Assembly (NCBI GenBank): GCA_963777125.1
Contig: CAVZPN010000016.1
Location: 295-64,294, forward strand
DNA length: 64,000 nucleotides
From: an uncultured archaeon
Lineage (GTDB): Archaea > Nanobdellota > Nanobdellia > Woesearchaeales > UBA9642
Direction of reading: 5' to 3'
Each line of letters opens with the position of its first letter. The first letter of the stretch is position 1. Below, piece by piece: positions 37,501 through 48,131 of this stretch. Under the pieces are notes generated by a model. That model was not told the DNA's origin and did no database searches. It saw nothing but the letters and a program-made list of their open reading frames with translations. The translations under genes were made by a program, and so were the position numbers.

Positions 37501-38030
37501 ACTACTTTAGAATCCGCAGTCAAAATAATACTTCCAATTCCAGAACCCTTGCAACTAGTTTCACCAGAATCTACAAGATAATCAGTAAAATCATACACAA
37601 AATTTAGTCCATCAACAACTTTGTCTACAGTAAAAATATTTTTTACAGGAGTAGTATTATCAACATATAACACTCCGTCAATAGTATTCGGAGTACCAGT
37701 AGATTGTGTTAATTTAAAATTTAAAGCGCCATCAACTAAGGGAATTTGTTCTGAAACAATAGGTCCGGAATTACAACGTACAATTCCACTAACATCTGCA
37801 TCAATACATGCTAAATCATTACCATTGTATTTAACATTTGAATCAGATTGGGTAGTTAATAATATTTTATCGTTTACTTTTTTGGCAAATCCTAAAACTT
37901 TTTTATCTCCACTTATTTCATAATTTAATGCGGCAAATGCTTTTGCTGTAAAGAATGTTAAAGACAATACTAAATATATAGTAAATATTGCTAGAGATTT
38001 CTTTAATAATAACTTATTTTTAGTATTCAT
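34503..38030 (-). CDS. Giant secreted/surface protein (beta-rich Ig-like repeats, hydrophobic hairpin, Cys-rich helical C-domain)
   Basis: Signal peptide ending AFA; repeated D..P/D.AGN Ig-like motifs; LCAPATLYNLQKERQIRCMYLSCL. Confidence 0.8.
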   Translation of the reverse strand: MNTKNKLLLKKSLAIFTIYLVLSLTFFTAKAFAALNYEISGDKKVLGFAKKVNDKILLTTQSDSNVKYNGNDLACIDADVSGIVRCNSGPIVSEQIPLVDGALNFKLTQSTGTPNTIDGVLYVDNTTPVKNIFTVDKVVDGLNFVYDFTDYLVDSGETSCKGSGIGSIILTADSKVVFTQNILTQNCTVSGSYFKNLSNTNNGVIYYKLEVTDRVGNKYSTGLLNISGDFAAPKIANTFKIVKDTIELKQFSALAKITADVYVSIEDSNLDVNNVYADLSNLNPLLKLVYTDVKATQCTTDTIGKEYICVFRNIEIMPASTDLTINVRASDHNLNSISKTTLPNKISLVINAGTVSYIGPLKTHCTKDLTTCYLKSGRQLLNVELDATSSYNRSLINIGVNSETRFAICNLNTTWKCVGVYDVPATVTSLNLFLAESYDDYGNSLDTDMDRMVLIDDVKPKNITVLNVTNSKNNIGCSAAGDELEFNVRISEATAEPEIHVDTSKFTSNSKKIQIGECLPNGDNIFDCSIIVKDFITDVTSVNESIIIEDLAGNKLSLPYQFNICKATTATTPNVIFGISQQSTPKIDRKTASLIPIKTYIPISLIVKPGSTIMYASIDRCTGLDINNMEAITSNSYFIPNSGSSLTLVTSIGGKGKLLPEDSLTFNCTISARIKQGSTIFILPEKEVITLTINTFNQPLGTLDAATLQEIKTQKETLRNIDKDIKKRQDVDNILKRICDISSIIVKVDGVLQVVKSVIYVVAVAIEWTGAGEPLWKAVEPPISSFDKFVQTFVWPTGTDPASVIGYVWKYTCFIYNCKFYTLSGLIELGSDAVNGAKAIKENNKIKQDKIAAVKPKEANPEDMPSQFKDTPATPTPVTDSNYNGGTDEDPNGFNSPGNDIVNEDNPELLPEVVIVAKDKSITPPALAPIPTPKLTGKDVKLPFLNVKTGIVRTVGSSVDYSYKGKVLDNNNLGQFQTDLAQSAFVNDQRQSILYQDIDRQDWIINPYRSKHYDGLCAPATLYNLQKERQIRCMYLSCLQTSQTTGLSSRVCKDTYKFNDCLYLESAQYKLNNNVWSQITKGIITQAVSAAMGFALQATFNSVCERYNHNLQQPTLVTGWYNVWCGLFSGVLKFQEIKKLLTTPGQVMSDLFNGNIPKDPASIQDYCNGGDLYAK

Positions 38031-38113
38031 GCAATCATCTAATAATATATTAAAAGTATTTTAACAATCAAATAACTCGGATTATCGTTATAGATTACTA
38101 TCTCTTTAGATAT

Positions 38114-40465
38114 TTAAGGATATTCCATTGTTGGATATAAAAATGCCATTTTATCTTCTTGATATTGTTCAATTGTTGGACTATCCGTTAATTCTTGCCA
38201 AGTTGTTGGAAGAGGCATTTGCGCAACATAGATTATAAGAGTATTATCCCTATAAATATCATTCTCTTCTAAAGTAATATTAATATTTACTCCACCAGTA
38301 ATCCAACTGCTAAAATTCTGTGCAGGCAGTACCATATCCTCTGTATTACCAATACATACACCCATCATTTCAACTGATTTACATATTGATGTTCTTTCTT
38401 CAGGAATCTGTAACCCGCTATCATACATCATAAATGCATCTATATTATAAGTTCCTGGAACTAACTCAACAATATACTCGCTTTCATTAACAATTATTGG
38501 TGTTGGTTCATAAACAGCTGTATCTACATCATATAACATTGAAGTTTTAACGGACTCGTTAATATCTCCATTATTAAATAATTGATTTAGGTATTCTCTT
38601 TGATCATCCTTAGTTATAACTTTTGGTGAACTATTAGCTGTTTTTACAAGTAAAAATCCAACTAACGGAACATCTGATTCTCTTTGATCATCTTTGACAC
38701 GTGCAATATTTAAAAATACTGTATCATTAGGTGTCAACTCGGAATATTTAGTATTATAAGTTATAATTCCGCCCATGCCCAAATTTCTAATGCCATTAAT
38801 GTCATCAGTTGTTCTTTTGTATACTTTAATTTTCTTTTCTCGCATTGGCCACATTTCAACTCTAAAGTTTTTAGAATCTGTACCATCAGTATTGCTATAA
38901 TCTATAACACCACTCATGTAACCAACTTTTTCATAAACTATTTCTCCACCAAATTCACAAAATGGAAACTTGTCAGATAATATTGCTTTTCCATTAAGCA
39001 TTTTAGTTGAACCAATAGTAAATTCTCCACCACATTTGTAGCTTATTAAAACATCAGTTAGTGGTTCTTTAGTATATTTATTATATGATTCAATTGTAAT
39101 TATTCTATTAACTCTTTGCGACACATCATCAATATCTATTGTTGGCGCATTTACAATTTGTACTGCAGTCATATTGTCTTTTATTGGAACATTTTGTCTG
39201 ATGTTTGCTTCCATTGCATAATTGAAGGTAAATCCTTCACCATTAAATGCAGTTGAATCTTTAATACTAACAATTACAGGATACGATAAATCATACTTAA
39301 AACTATAATCGTTCATTGCAAATCCCATCATCTTTAAAACAAAGTTATCTCCAGCTTCAAAATTATTTGGTTTAATTATTTCATTATCGCCAATTTTAAA
39401 ATATATTTCTGAATCTTGTGGATAATAGAGATTTGCATCTAAATCAGAATAGATATTATCTGAAACTTTTAACATCATGGATTGATATAGACCATTTTCG
39501 AAAGAGATAGTTTTTGGATCAGTACTTCTTGAATATATTTGTTCGGAATTTTTAGCATTTACAATTCGTAATAACATTGTGTAAGGTAAAATGTCGCTCT
39601 TTAATTGTTCTTTAACATTTGTTCTAATCCAATATTTTTTTCCAGGAACAAACATATCCATTCCACTCATCGGAGGAAGTAAGTCCATATCTACACCAGA
39701 ATATACTGATATTAAATTTAGAGTATTTCGCTCAAGAAAAGTATAATTTTTTTCTGAATCTCTTATTTCAGTTGCAAATTGATATATTTTAGCTAAATTC
39801 AAATTATGTTCAGTATAAAAATACGCTATTTTAGATTTATCTTTAGAACCTTTGGTTGCAATATCTAATGGATAATCAAGTTTAAAATTTACATTTAATT
39901 GAGTAATTTGAGTGTCAACATTTATTTTCCCAGAAGTAATATCAAATCTATCTTTAAATGGTTCAAAATTATTAATACATTTACCAACATTTTGTTCGAC
40001 AAATTTGTTTAATTGTTCTTCCATACTATTATCGCCAGTGTAAGGAATAACACACTTAACTCCTTTTGCACAAACTGCCGGATTTGTTACAACCATACAT
40101 CCAATTGATGATTCAGAGCACTTCTTCATATGATACCAATAAGGTATTAGTTGTGGATCGAAGAACAAGACATCAGAATTATAAGGTCTTACTGGATCAA
40201 CTTTCATTCCAGTAGGAATTGTTATATATCCTCCATTTTGTCCAAGTCTAATTAAACCTTCTTTTGCTGTTACGGATAAACAATCTGTAACATATTGTTG
40301 TATGGGCTTTACTTCATCGCTAACAATTAATTGTTGTACAGGAGGTCTTACAACATTAAAAGAACTTTGCCAATATAATGCTAACGCAACTACAAATAAT
40401 ATTACTATTCCAAGTATAATAAATACAGTTATTTGTCCACTCTTTTTTTTAATCATTTTAAACAT
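38114..40465 (-). CDS. Large protein with a class III signal peptide, paralogue of 30670-33030
   Basis: KKKSG|QITVFIILG; IQQYVTDC...LGQNGGYI; SMEEQL; SYPVIV; MEANI. ATG 40465 follows GGGTG. Confidence 0.8.
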   Translation of the reverse strand: MFKMIKKKSGQITVFIILGIVILFVVALALYWQSSFNVVRPPVQQLIVSDEVKPIQQYVTDCLSVTAKEGLIRLGQNGGYITIPTGMKVDPVRPYNSDVLFFDPQLIPYWYHMKKCSESSIGCMVVTNPAVCAKGVKCVIPYTGDNSMEEQLNKFVEQNVGKCINNFEPFKDRFDITSGKINVDTQITQLNVNFKLDYPLDIATKGSKDKSKIAYFYTEHNLNLAKIYQFATEIRDSEKNYTFLERNTLNLISVYSGVDMDLLPPMSGMDMFVPGKKYWIRTNVKEQLKSDILPYTMLLRIVNAKNSEQIYSRSTDPKTISFENGLYQSMMLKVSDNIYSDLDANLYYPQDSEIYFKIGDNEIIKPNNFEAGDNFVLKMMGFAMNDYSFKYDLSYPVIVSIKDSTAFNGEGFTFNYAMEANIRQNVPIKDNMTAVQIVNAPTIDIDDVSQRVNRIITIESYNKYTKEPLTDVLISYKCGGEFTIGSTKMLNGKAILSDKFPFCEFGGEIVYEKVGYMSGVIDYSNTDGTDSKNFRVEMWPMREKKIKVYKRTTDDINGIRNLGMGGIITYNTKYSELTPNDTVFLNIARVKDDQRESDVPLVGFLLVKTANSSPKVITKDDQREYLNQLFNNGDINESVKTSMLYDVDTAVYEPTPIIVNESEYIVELVPGTYNIDAFMMYDSGLQIPEERTSICKSVEMMGVCIGNTEDMVLPAQNFSSWITGGVNINITLEENDIYRDNTLIIYVAQMPLPTTWQELTDSPTIEQYQEDKMAFLYPTMEYP

Positions 40466-40521
40466 TCTTGCACCCACAATAATAATAGCATTCAAAATTA
40501 TATTCTTAAATTAATCATTGT

Positions 40522-43500
40522 TTACTCTAAAAATCCTGGAATCTTTGCAACATCAATATTTGAATTAATTGGATTTCCAGCATCATTAACATAATCATTA
40601 TATGTTCCTATATTACTTGCATTTAATGGAATTTCAGGTGAACCTGTATCAAATATTTTTGTTGTTATATCTCGACAGTATTCATCTTTAGTTTGAATAT
40701 CATTATCAACAGGGAACGGAATATTAAATTTAACACAGATAGTGTCAAATACTAATGAGGATTTTGAAACTTTTCTATAATATTTAACTTCAAATGGATT
40801 TAATACTTGATCTTCTCTAAATCCATCTAATGTAACTTTAGAATTTTTAAAATAAATATTATAACTAAGATCTTTACCTCGAGAGTCAGCAGAACTAATA
40901 TAATATACTGTGGTATATAGATTATATATTGTACCATTAGGATATTCAAGTTCCGTTCTTTCAGAAGCATAAGTTAATACTGGAAGGCAACTTCCGCCAG
41001 AGCATGAAATAACACTTCCTTCTGCAGAACCACCAATACTAACAGGATTATTAGGATTACATACTGATTCTTTGTGTTTATCGAAATTAAAGAAATCAGA
41101 TATATCTTTATTATTAAACCATTGTTTAAGCCAATAATCAGTAAACATAAAATCAATCATATTATTAGCATTAGCGTATTGTAATCCAGTAAATAATGTA
41201 TCTCCAAACTGTTGAGATTTTACAACATCAGAATTTATTTTTGCATTCGCATAAGTTTTGTCTTTTATATCTTTTAAATTAGCACTATTAACGGATTTAG
41301 AATCTAAAACAGTTTTTTCTAAACTAGCCGTTTCTGTAATTAATTGATCTCTTTCTTGAGTTAATTCATCAATTACATTTTGAGCAGAAGATCCTTTTGC
41401 TTGAGAATCATCTGAGAAACTGTTAATTTGACTATTATAATCATCAATCATCTTCTTATTAGCAAGTATTTTATCGTAATTAGGATTTAATCCTAAATCG
41501 GTTGATAATGCAATAAAATCTTTTTCCGCAGCAGCTCTCTGATTTTGTAAATCGATTAGTCTTTGTGATGATGAAGTAACAGCAGGATTGATTGTGGTTT
41601 CAGTAGTAGAAACAATATTACCATCTTTATCTTTAACGACTGTTTTAGAACCGGCAGGCACAGATTTCTTTTCTGCATCAGATAATGTTTTTATCTGTTT
41701 ATCTAATGTAGCCATACTTGTAGTTAAATCTTCTATTTTGGTTACTGCTTTTAATTTTTCATTATCGACATTCAATCTTTCTTGAGCTGATAATTTATTA
41801 TTATAATCATCTGGAGTAGTTTTTAATGTTATGGTGTCTATTCCTGAAATTATTTCATTTTTATCTATATTTTTATATGCATCACAATTATTGGATCCTT
41901 TAGCAATACATCCAGAATATAATTTTTGTTTATTTTGATAAAAATTAATTTGTTCCGTAAGATATTTACTTTTTTCTTGAGGAGTTTTTGCATTAGTATA
42001 ATCAGCATTAATTATCCCTCTACTGAGTAAATCTGCTCGTAAAGCTGCGTCAGTCGCATCAGTAGAAACAACATTATTAGTGGCAGCTCTAACCTTAGAA
42101 CTATCTAAACTTTGTAATTTCTTTAATGAAGCAATATCCTTATTCATTTGCGCAATATCTTTATTATTACCAAATGAATCAGCTTTTGATAATTGAGGAT
42201 TTATTTTACTTAATGTATCGAAAAAGTCAGGAGTGTAAGCACAGTTAGTATCACCAACACACGTTGCATATTTACACATATCAGGCATTACTGGATATAC
42301 GAATTTACCTGCATTACTACTTCTTGATGTACTATCAGCAAATCTTGCAATTTGCAATGGTATTTGACAACCATAAATCATTCTTTTTTGTTTTGCTGGA
42401 TTCATATCTGCAAAACTTTTGTCTCCAGAAAGCAAACCTGTTTTATCATCAGTATTTAACTTACCCATACTTCCAACACTACCAGTATTAAAGTCTAAAT
42501 ATTCTGGACAAAATGCTCTTTTTAATCCTGATGCTACTGCTAAGGGGAATGAATTTCTAACTAAATCAGCAGCATTGTTCATTACATTCTTAAGTTCTCT
42601 TGCAATAGGAATTATTTCAAATGCTTCTCCAACAACCATAACACATTGTTGCGCTGATTTTGCTTTATCACATGCAGAAATATCAGTACCAGAATATGAT
42701 GCCATTTTTAAACAATATAAATAATTACATTCTACTTGTCTAAATTTATTTACATTATAATATACTGCAGGCAAGCATCCTGTAGTTGCTGCCATTACAA
42801 TACTATTACTAACATCTGGAACATTAACATTTTTAGTTAATGCAGAACCAACCTCAGAACCAAAACTTGAATCTTTAGCAAAAAAGTCAGGAATTTTACC
42901 AGAATTACTAGATGTTCCATCACCAGGGAATAATGTACTTTTCTTATCCTCGAATTTACTTGCAACATCACATGTTAATGCACTACACATTTGTCCAATA
43001 ATACCTTGGCATTGAGAATATAATTTTTCAGGATTCTTACTTTCGCCATTTGCAGTTCCCATTAATTGTTCTAACGGATTACCACTAGTTGCAGAAGATT
43101 TAGATGTTCCCATTAAACATGTTTCTAAATTTGTTAATTGAACATTTAATTTCATTGGCCCAACTGCTAATGATGGTTTTACTAAATCTAATGCTACACT
43201 TGCAGCATTTGATGCAAATGTACCAACGGCTAGATAATCTTTTACTTTACACATTGATTGTAATTTTGGTATCCAATTATCTATTGTTGCCATTACTTGT
43301 GAACGTACCATCCAATTGTTTTGAACATCATTAATTTTTTCTCCAAATTTCGCTCCAGGAGTACAATCTTGTCCAGCAGTTTTACATAATTTAGAATTAA
43401 TTAAGGTAAATTCCATGTCTAATTGTAACATTTGAGGTTTTTGATAGATTTTATTATTCTCTTTTTCCATTACTGAAATATTACAAGATATAACAAATTT

Positions 43501-45510
43501 ATCATCAAGATTATTTACTAAATCAGTTAATCCATCTCTGAATTTTAAATCAACTCTTCCAGTTTCGCCAATTTTTGCATAAGAGTTTGCAAGTGTTATG
43601 GAATTAAATACTGAACTTGCTGAAGTCACACCTGATTTACTACTATAAACACAATTGTTTAAGCTTATACTTTGGTATAATGCTTCAACACCAATTGCAT
43701 TAGGTTTAGCAAGATTTAATTTATATGTAGCATATATATAGTAAGGTAATTTTTCAGCTGTTGCCATATCCAATACTATTCGATTAATTTCATTAGGAGT
43801 AACTTTAATCAAATCTATTCCTAAATTATCAGGAGTATCATTATCTGATTTTTTACCTAATACTTTTACAACATAAGATTTAGGTGCACTATTTCCGGCA
43901 ATGTCTGTTACATTAAACACTAAATTTGCATCATAATAACCATCATTAATATTAGTAATTGTCCAAATACAATTAAAATTATACGAATCAGTTTTTGTAC
44001 ATGTGCCTTTCTCAGTAGAATTTTTTATTTTATCTAAATATACTAATGCAAGCAGTTCATCACTATCAACTTCAGTTACATTCGCAATTAAGGTAATAGT
44101 ACTTCCAGAAACAAATTCTTTAATTACTGATGTAGCGTCACCAGTTACTGTAATGCCATTTACTATTGGCGCAACATTATCACAATAAACTTGAGTATTA
44201 AATGGAGTAAGTACATTTCCAGCATCATCTTGACTATCAAATCCTGAAAAATCAGTTATACTAATTGTTACTTGAGAGCCTGATGTACAAGTTAAGGGCA
44301 CAGTTGCACTACAAATACTTGCTGAACAATTTTGTACTTTTATAGTTTCAAATGTTGCTCCAGGTAATTTAAAAAATACATATCTTTTATTAAAATTATT
44401 TTTATTTAAATTAAGAATAATATTATTAACACCATTCTTAATATAACATACATTTGTAGTTGAACACTTACTGGTTTTTATTGAAACTTTTGGTTCTAGA
44501 TCATCAATAGTTAATGATTTGGATAATATTGCTGAACCATAATTACCATAAGTATCAATTGCTGAAACATTAACCTTAATATAATTATCAGTATTAATTG
44601 TACTTAACTGTACTCCACGAAGAACACATGAATATACTTTATCTTTACTAGAATCATTTATCTCGCAATTACTTATTGGAACATTAATATTACTATAAGC
44701 TTGTTGCATTGAAAAATCATTATTTGAATTAATTAAATTTAAATTAATAGTTTCAAGCGAATCTTCTCTTATACTAAAATATAAATCAACTAAAAATGAT
44801 GCGCTACTACTAACAGTTCCTATTTCATCATTTGTCCCTGAATATTTTACCATAAGTCCGTTAACTATTACTGGACTAGTAAGATCAAAAGTCATATTTT
44901 CAGAAGGTGTTTGTTTTTTATTTCCAACATTATCAATTACTTCTAAAGAAATACTTTTTGTACCTGAACTAGTTATACTAATATTATTAATACCACTATA
45001 ACTACATACGCCTGCTTCACTATTAATATTAAATGTATTAAGTTTATTTTTTCCATCATAAATATTAATTGTTTTAATTCCTGAACATGCATTATTACCG
45101 CTAAATCCTGAATCTGTTACACTATAATTAATAGATACAATATTATTGGCGGTTTTTACAGTATAAGTTATTTCGCCAATGCTGTTATCAACATTAATAC
45201 TTGTCGTTGCTGTTTGTCCATCTAAATTTATTAATTGATAATATGCAACGGAAGTATCAATGGTATCTTTGAATACACAAACATAATCTAATACTCCTGT
45301 AGATACACATTTAGCACTAGTTAAACCAGCAACAGACACATTACTAGTTGAAGAAACATTAATTCCAATAGAATCATTTGAAGCCCTATACCCAGTAATG
45401 CCATAAGAACCAGAAATACTATTAACACTAATTAATGCAGAAACTAATCCCGTACTTAAAATTATTAACAACAATACTAAAGATGCTAATCGCATCGTCT
45501 TAAATTTCAA
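40522..45510 (-). CDS. Giant (1662 aa) secreted/surface protein, paralogue of 34503-38030
   Basis: TTG start after GAGGGTG; signal peptide; Ig-like repeats; GCLPAVYYNVNKFRQVECNYLYCL; coiled-coil insert. Confidence 0.85.
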   Translation of the reverse strand: MKFKTMRLASLVLLLIILSTGLVSALISVNSISGSYGITGYRASNDSIGINVSSTSNVSVAGLTSAKCVSTGVLDYVCVFKDTIDTSVAYYQLINLDGQTATTSINVDNSIGEITYTVKTANNIVSINYSVTDSGFSGNNACSGIKTINIYDGKNKLNTFNINSEAGVCSYSGINNISITSSGTKSISLEVIDNVGNKKQTPSENMTFDLTSPVIVNGLMVKYSGTNDEIGTVSSSASFLVDLYFSIREDSLETINLNLINSNNDFSMQQAYSNINVPISNCEINDSSKDKVYSCVLRGVQLSTINTDNYIKVNVSAIDTYGNYGSAILSKSLTIDDLEPKVSIKTSKCSTTNVCYIKNGVNNIILNLNKNNFNKRYVFFKLPGATFETIKVQNCSASICSATVPLTCTSGSQVTISITDFSGFDSQDDAGNVLTPFNTQVYCDNVAPIVNGITVTGDATSVIKEFVSGSTITLIANVTEVDSDELLALVYLDKIKNSTEKGTCTKTDSYNFNCIWTITNINDGYYDANLVFNVTDIAGNSAPKSYVVKVLGKKSDNDTPDNLGIDLIKVTPNEINRIVLDMATAEKLPYYIYATYKLNLAKPNAIGVEALYQSISLNNCVYSSKSGVTSASSVFNSITLANSYAKIGETGRVDLKFRDGLTDLVNNLDDKFVISCNISVMEKENNKIYQKPQMLQLDMEFTLINSKLCKTAGQDCTPGAKFGEKINDVQNNWMVRSQVMATIDNWIPKLQSMCKVKDYLAVGTFASNAASVALDLVKPSLAVGPMKLNVQLTNLETCLMGTSKSSATSGNPLEQLMGTANGESKNPEKLYSQCQGIIGQMCSALTCDVASKFEDKKSTLFPGDGTSSNSGKIPDFFAKDSSFGSEVGSALTKNVNVPDVSNSIVMAATTGCLPAVYYNVNKFRQVECNYLYCLKMASYSGTDISACDKAKSAQQCVMVVGEAFEIIPIARELKNVMNNAADLVRNSFPLAVASGLKRAFCPEYLDFNTGSVGSMGKLNTDDKTGLLSGDKSFADMNPAKQKRMIYGCQIPLQIARFADSTSRSSNAGKFVYPVMPDMCKYATCVGDTNCAYTPDFFDTLSKINPQLSKADSFGNNKDIAQMNKDIASLKKLQSLDSSKVRAATNNVVSTDATDAALRADLLSRGIINADYTNAKTPQEKSKYLTEQINFYQNKQKLYSGCIAKGSNNCDAYKNIDKNEIISGIDTITLKTTPDDYNNKLSAQERLNVDNEKLKAVTKIEDLTTSMATLDKQIKTLSDAEKKSVPAGSKTVVKDKDGNIVSTTETTINPAVTSSSQRLIDLQNQRAAAEKDFIALSTDLGLNPNYDKILANKKMIDDYNSQINSFSDDSQAKGSSAQNVIDELTQERDQLITETASLEKTVLDSKSVNSANLKDIKDKTYANAKINSDVVKSQQFGDTLFTGLQYANANNMIDFMFTDYWLKQWFNNKDISDFFNFDKHKESVCNPNNPVSIGGSAEGSVISCSGGSCLPVLTYASERTELEYPNGTIYNLYTTVYYISSADSRGKDLSYNIYFKNSKVTLDGFREDQVLNPFEVKYYRKVSKSSLVFDTICVKFNIPFPVDNDIQTKDEYCRDITTKIFDTGSPEIPLNASNIGTYNDYVNDAGNPINSNIDVAKIPGFLE

Positions 45511-45702
45511 TCTAACACCCTCACAACGAAAATAATAATAAATCCTCGATTACCATATTTATAAATATTACTATTTAAGAAGCATATTAAGAAAGAGATT
45601 AAGATTAAATATTAAGAATAGATGACTATTAGAATAATAATTACACTAATAATACGAGACAACAAATAATATAAAATCAATAATAAACTAATTAAGCTAA
45701 TC

Positions 45703-47952
45703 CTATCTTACAGGACCATTAGTAATTCTTTCAACACCAAGTAATCCTTGAGTTGTTTTTAATTCCTTATCATTACAGAATATTTTCTTGTTACTTGCAA
45801 CAATTTTAATTGTGCCAAATTCTTTAATATTAATTTTCGGAAGATTTTTTATTTTTTCAAATTTAGAATCATTCATATCTTCAACATAAACATAATCACC
45901 AATTTCGCCAAGTGTTGTAACTAATCCAACAACACCATTTTCTTCTGTAGCAAGAAGCATCCCATTACTTTCAACGCCTCTTAAATTAGCTGGTTCAAGA
46001 TTGGTTACTACAATAATTTTTTTATTCAATAATTCTTCAACTGTATAATAAGGAACTAATCCTGAAACTATTGTTCTGTATTCATCGCCAAAATCTAATT
46101 TTTCAACATATAATTTTTCAGCATTTGGATGTCTTTCAACACCAACAATTTTTGCAACTCTTAATTGTACTTCATCAAATGTTATGCTATTAACTGTCTG
46201 AGTTGCACTTGCATTATTTTTATTTGCATTCTTATTATTTGACGCATTTTTATTATCTTTATCTTTAGCTGCCTGTTTTGGCTCTTGATTCTTTTTTCCA
46301 GAAAATTTCTCTCTAAACAATTTCACATCAGTATCTTCTACCTTTTTGAATAATAATTGTGCATTACTAATTTTATGTCCAGTATGTAATGTTAATTTTC
46401 CTAAATCATGCCAATCAAGCTTTGCAATATTTAATTGATCTTGTATAGACTTTGAAGCAAGCGGCATATATGGATGCATTAATATTGCTAAATCTTTTAC
46501 AACATTTGCAAGTACAAATAATGTTGTTGCATTTCTTTGCTTATCAGGATTTTTCCATGGTTCATTATCTTGCAAGTATTGATTTCCAAGTTTGGATATT
46601 TGCATTATTTCTTTTAATACTTCTTTGATATTTATTGTTTCAATAAGATTTTCTATTTTTTTAACTCTTAATCTTATATCCTCAAGTAATGCATGATCTT
46701 TTTCTTCAAGGATTGCATCAGGAAGAGTACTATCATAATTTCTATTCAGAAATATTACTGTTCTATTAACTAAATTTCCAAAGTTTCCAACTATTTCAGC
46801 ATTATTTTTTATTTGAAAATCTGACCAACTAAATTCCGTATCGGTTTTTTCTGGTCTATTAATCATTAAATAATATCTAAATACGTCTGCAAGTAATCCA
46901 GTATCTTTTGCATTATCCCCAAATACGCCAGTATTTCTGCTTTTTGAAAATTGTGCATTCTCATAATTTAAGAATTCATTAACACTTATTTCTTTCATTA
47001 ATGTATAATTATCATTAGCGCCTATCAAAAATGAAGGAAATAATATTGTATGGAAGGGAATATTATCTTTTCCCATGAATTGTACTAATTTTACTTCCTT
47101 ATCGTTATGCCACCAATCCTTCCAATCTTCTCGACATTGTTTTGTTATTCCAATATATCCAATTGGCGCATCAAACCATGAGTAAAATACTTTATCCGCA
47201 TATTCTTTTAATGGAACTTTTATTCCCCACTTTAAATCTCTGGTAATACATCTTTGTCTTAAACCATCTCGAAGCCATGCATTAGTCATTGTTAATGCAT
47301 TATCTGACCAAGCATTTTGAACAGAATCCATCCACACTTTTAATTGTGATTCAATCTTTGGCAAATCCATAAATAAATGTTTAGTTTCTTTTACAATCGG
47401 AGTACTCTTACATACCTTACATTTCGGATTTATTAATTCAACAGCATTAAGCAAATTACTACATGAATCACATTGATCTCCACGAGCATTTGAATAATGA
47501 CATTTTGGACACTCGCCTTCAACAAATCTATCTGCTAAAAACCTTTGGCATTTTTCACAATATAATTGTTCAAGAGTATCTGGAGCAATATATCCATTTG
47601 CATTTAATTTATTAAAAATATCAGTTGTTATTTCAGAATTTTCCGAACTTGAAGTTCTACCATAACAATCAAATTCACAATTAAACCATTTATAGATTTC
47701 AGTATGTATGGCATAATACTTGTCACATAATTGTTTTGGTGAGAGCCCTTCTTCAAGAGCTTTTGTTTCAGCAGTTGTTCCGTGTTCATCAGTTCCTAGA
47801 ACTGAAATAACATCTTTATGCATTAATCTTAAAAATCGAGTATATACATCAGCACTTATTACGCAAACTAAATTTCCTAGATGCGGAACATTATTTACAT
47901 AAGGTAGAGCGCTTGTTACAAGTATTTTTTTATAATTATTAGTAGATATCAT
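45703..47952 (-). CDS. metG: Methionine--tRNA ligase with C-terminal tRNA-binding domain
   Basis: TSALPYVNNVPHLGN (HIGH), GTDEHG, Zn knuckles, FMGKDNIPFH, FSKS; C-terminal HPNAEKL...RGVESNGMLL. Confidence 0.97.
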   Translation of the reverse strand: MISTNNYKKILVTSALPYVNNVPHLGNLVCVISADVYTRFLRLMHKDVISVLGTDEHGTTAETKALEEGLSPKQLCDKYYAIHTEIYKWFNCEFDCYGRTSSSENSEITTDIFNKLNANGYIAPDTLEQLYCEKCQRFLADRFVEGECPKCHYSNARGDQCDSCSNLLNAVELINPKCKVCKSTPIVKETKHLFMDLPKIESQLKVWMDSVQNAWSDNALTMTNAWLRDGLRQRCITRDLKWGIKVPLKEYADKVFYSWFDAPIGYIGITKQCREDWKDWWHNDKEVKLVQFMGKDNIPFHTILFPSFLIGANDNYTLMKEISVNEFLNYENAQFSKSRNTGVFGDNAKDTGLLADVFRYYLMINRPEKTDTEFSWSDFQIKNNAEIVGNFGNLVNRTVIFLNRNYDSTLPDAILEEKDHALLEDIRLRVKKIENLIETINIKEVLKEIMQISKLGNQYLQDNEPWKNPDKQRNATTLFVLANVVKDLAILMHPYMPLASKSIQDQLNIAKLDWHDLGKLTLHTGHKISNAQLLFKKVEDTDVKLFREKFSGKKNQEPKQAAKDKDNKNASNNKNANKNNASATQTVNSITFDEVQLRVAKIVGVERHPNAEKLYVEKLDFGDEYRTIVSGLVPYYTVEELLNKKIIVVTNLEPANLRGVESNGMLLATEENGVVGLVTTLGEIGDYVYVEDMNDSKFEKIKNLPKINIKEFGTIKIVASNKKIFCNDKELKTTQGLLGVERITNGPVR

Positions 47953-48131
47953 AATTATGCAAAAGAGAGGATGTTTATAAATTTTAATGAAAAAGATATT
48001 CTGAAAAGAATAACTAATACCGATGAACAGAAATTAATAAAATACAAGTATATCTTAAAAACATACTTTAAATGCCCTTTAATGGTAGTCACAGTGAAAA
48101 ATATTTAAATCTGAAAGCATCAGACCATTAT

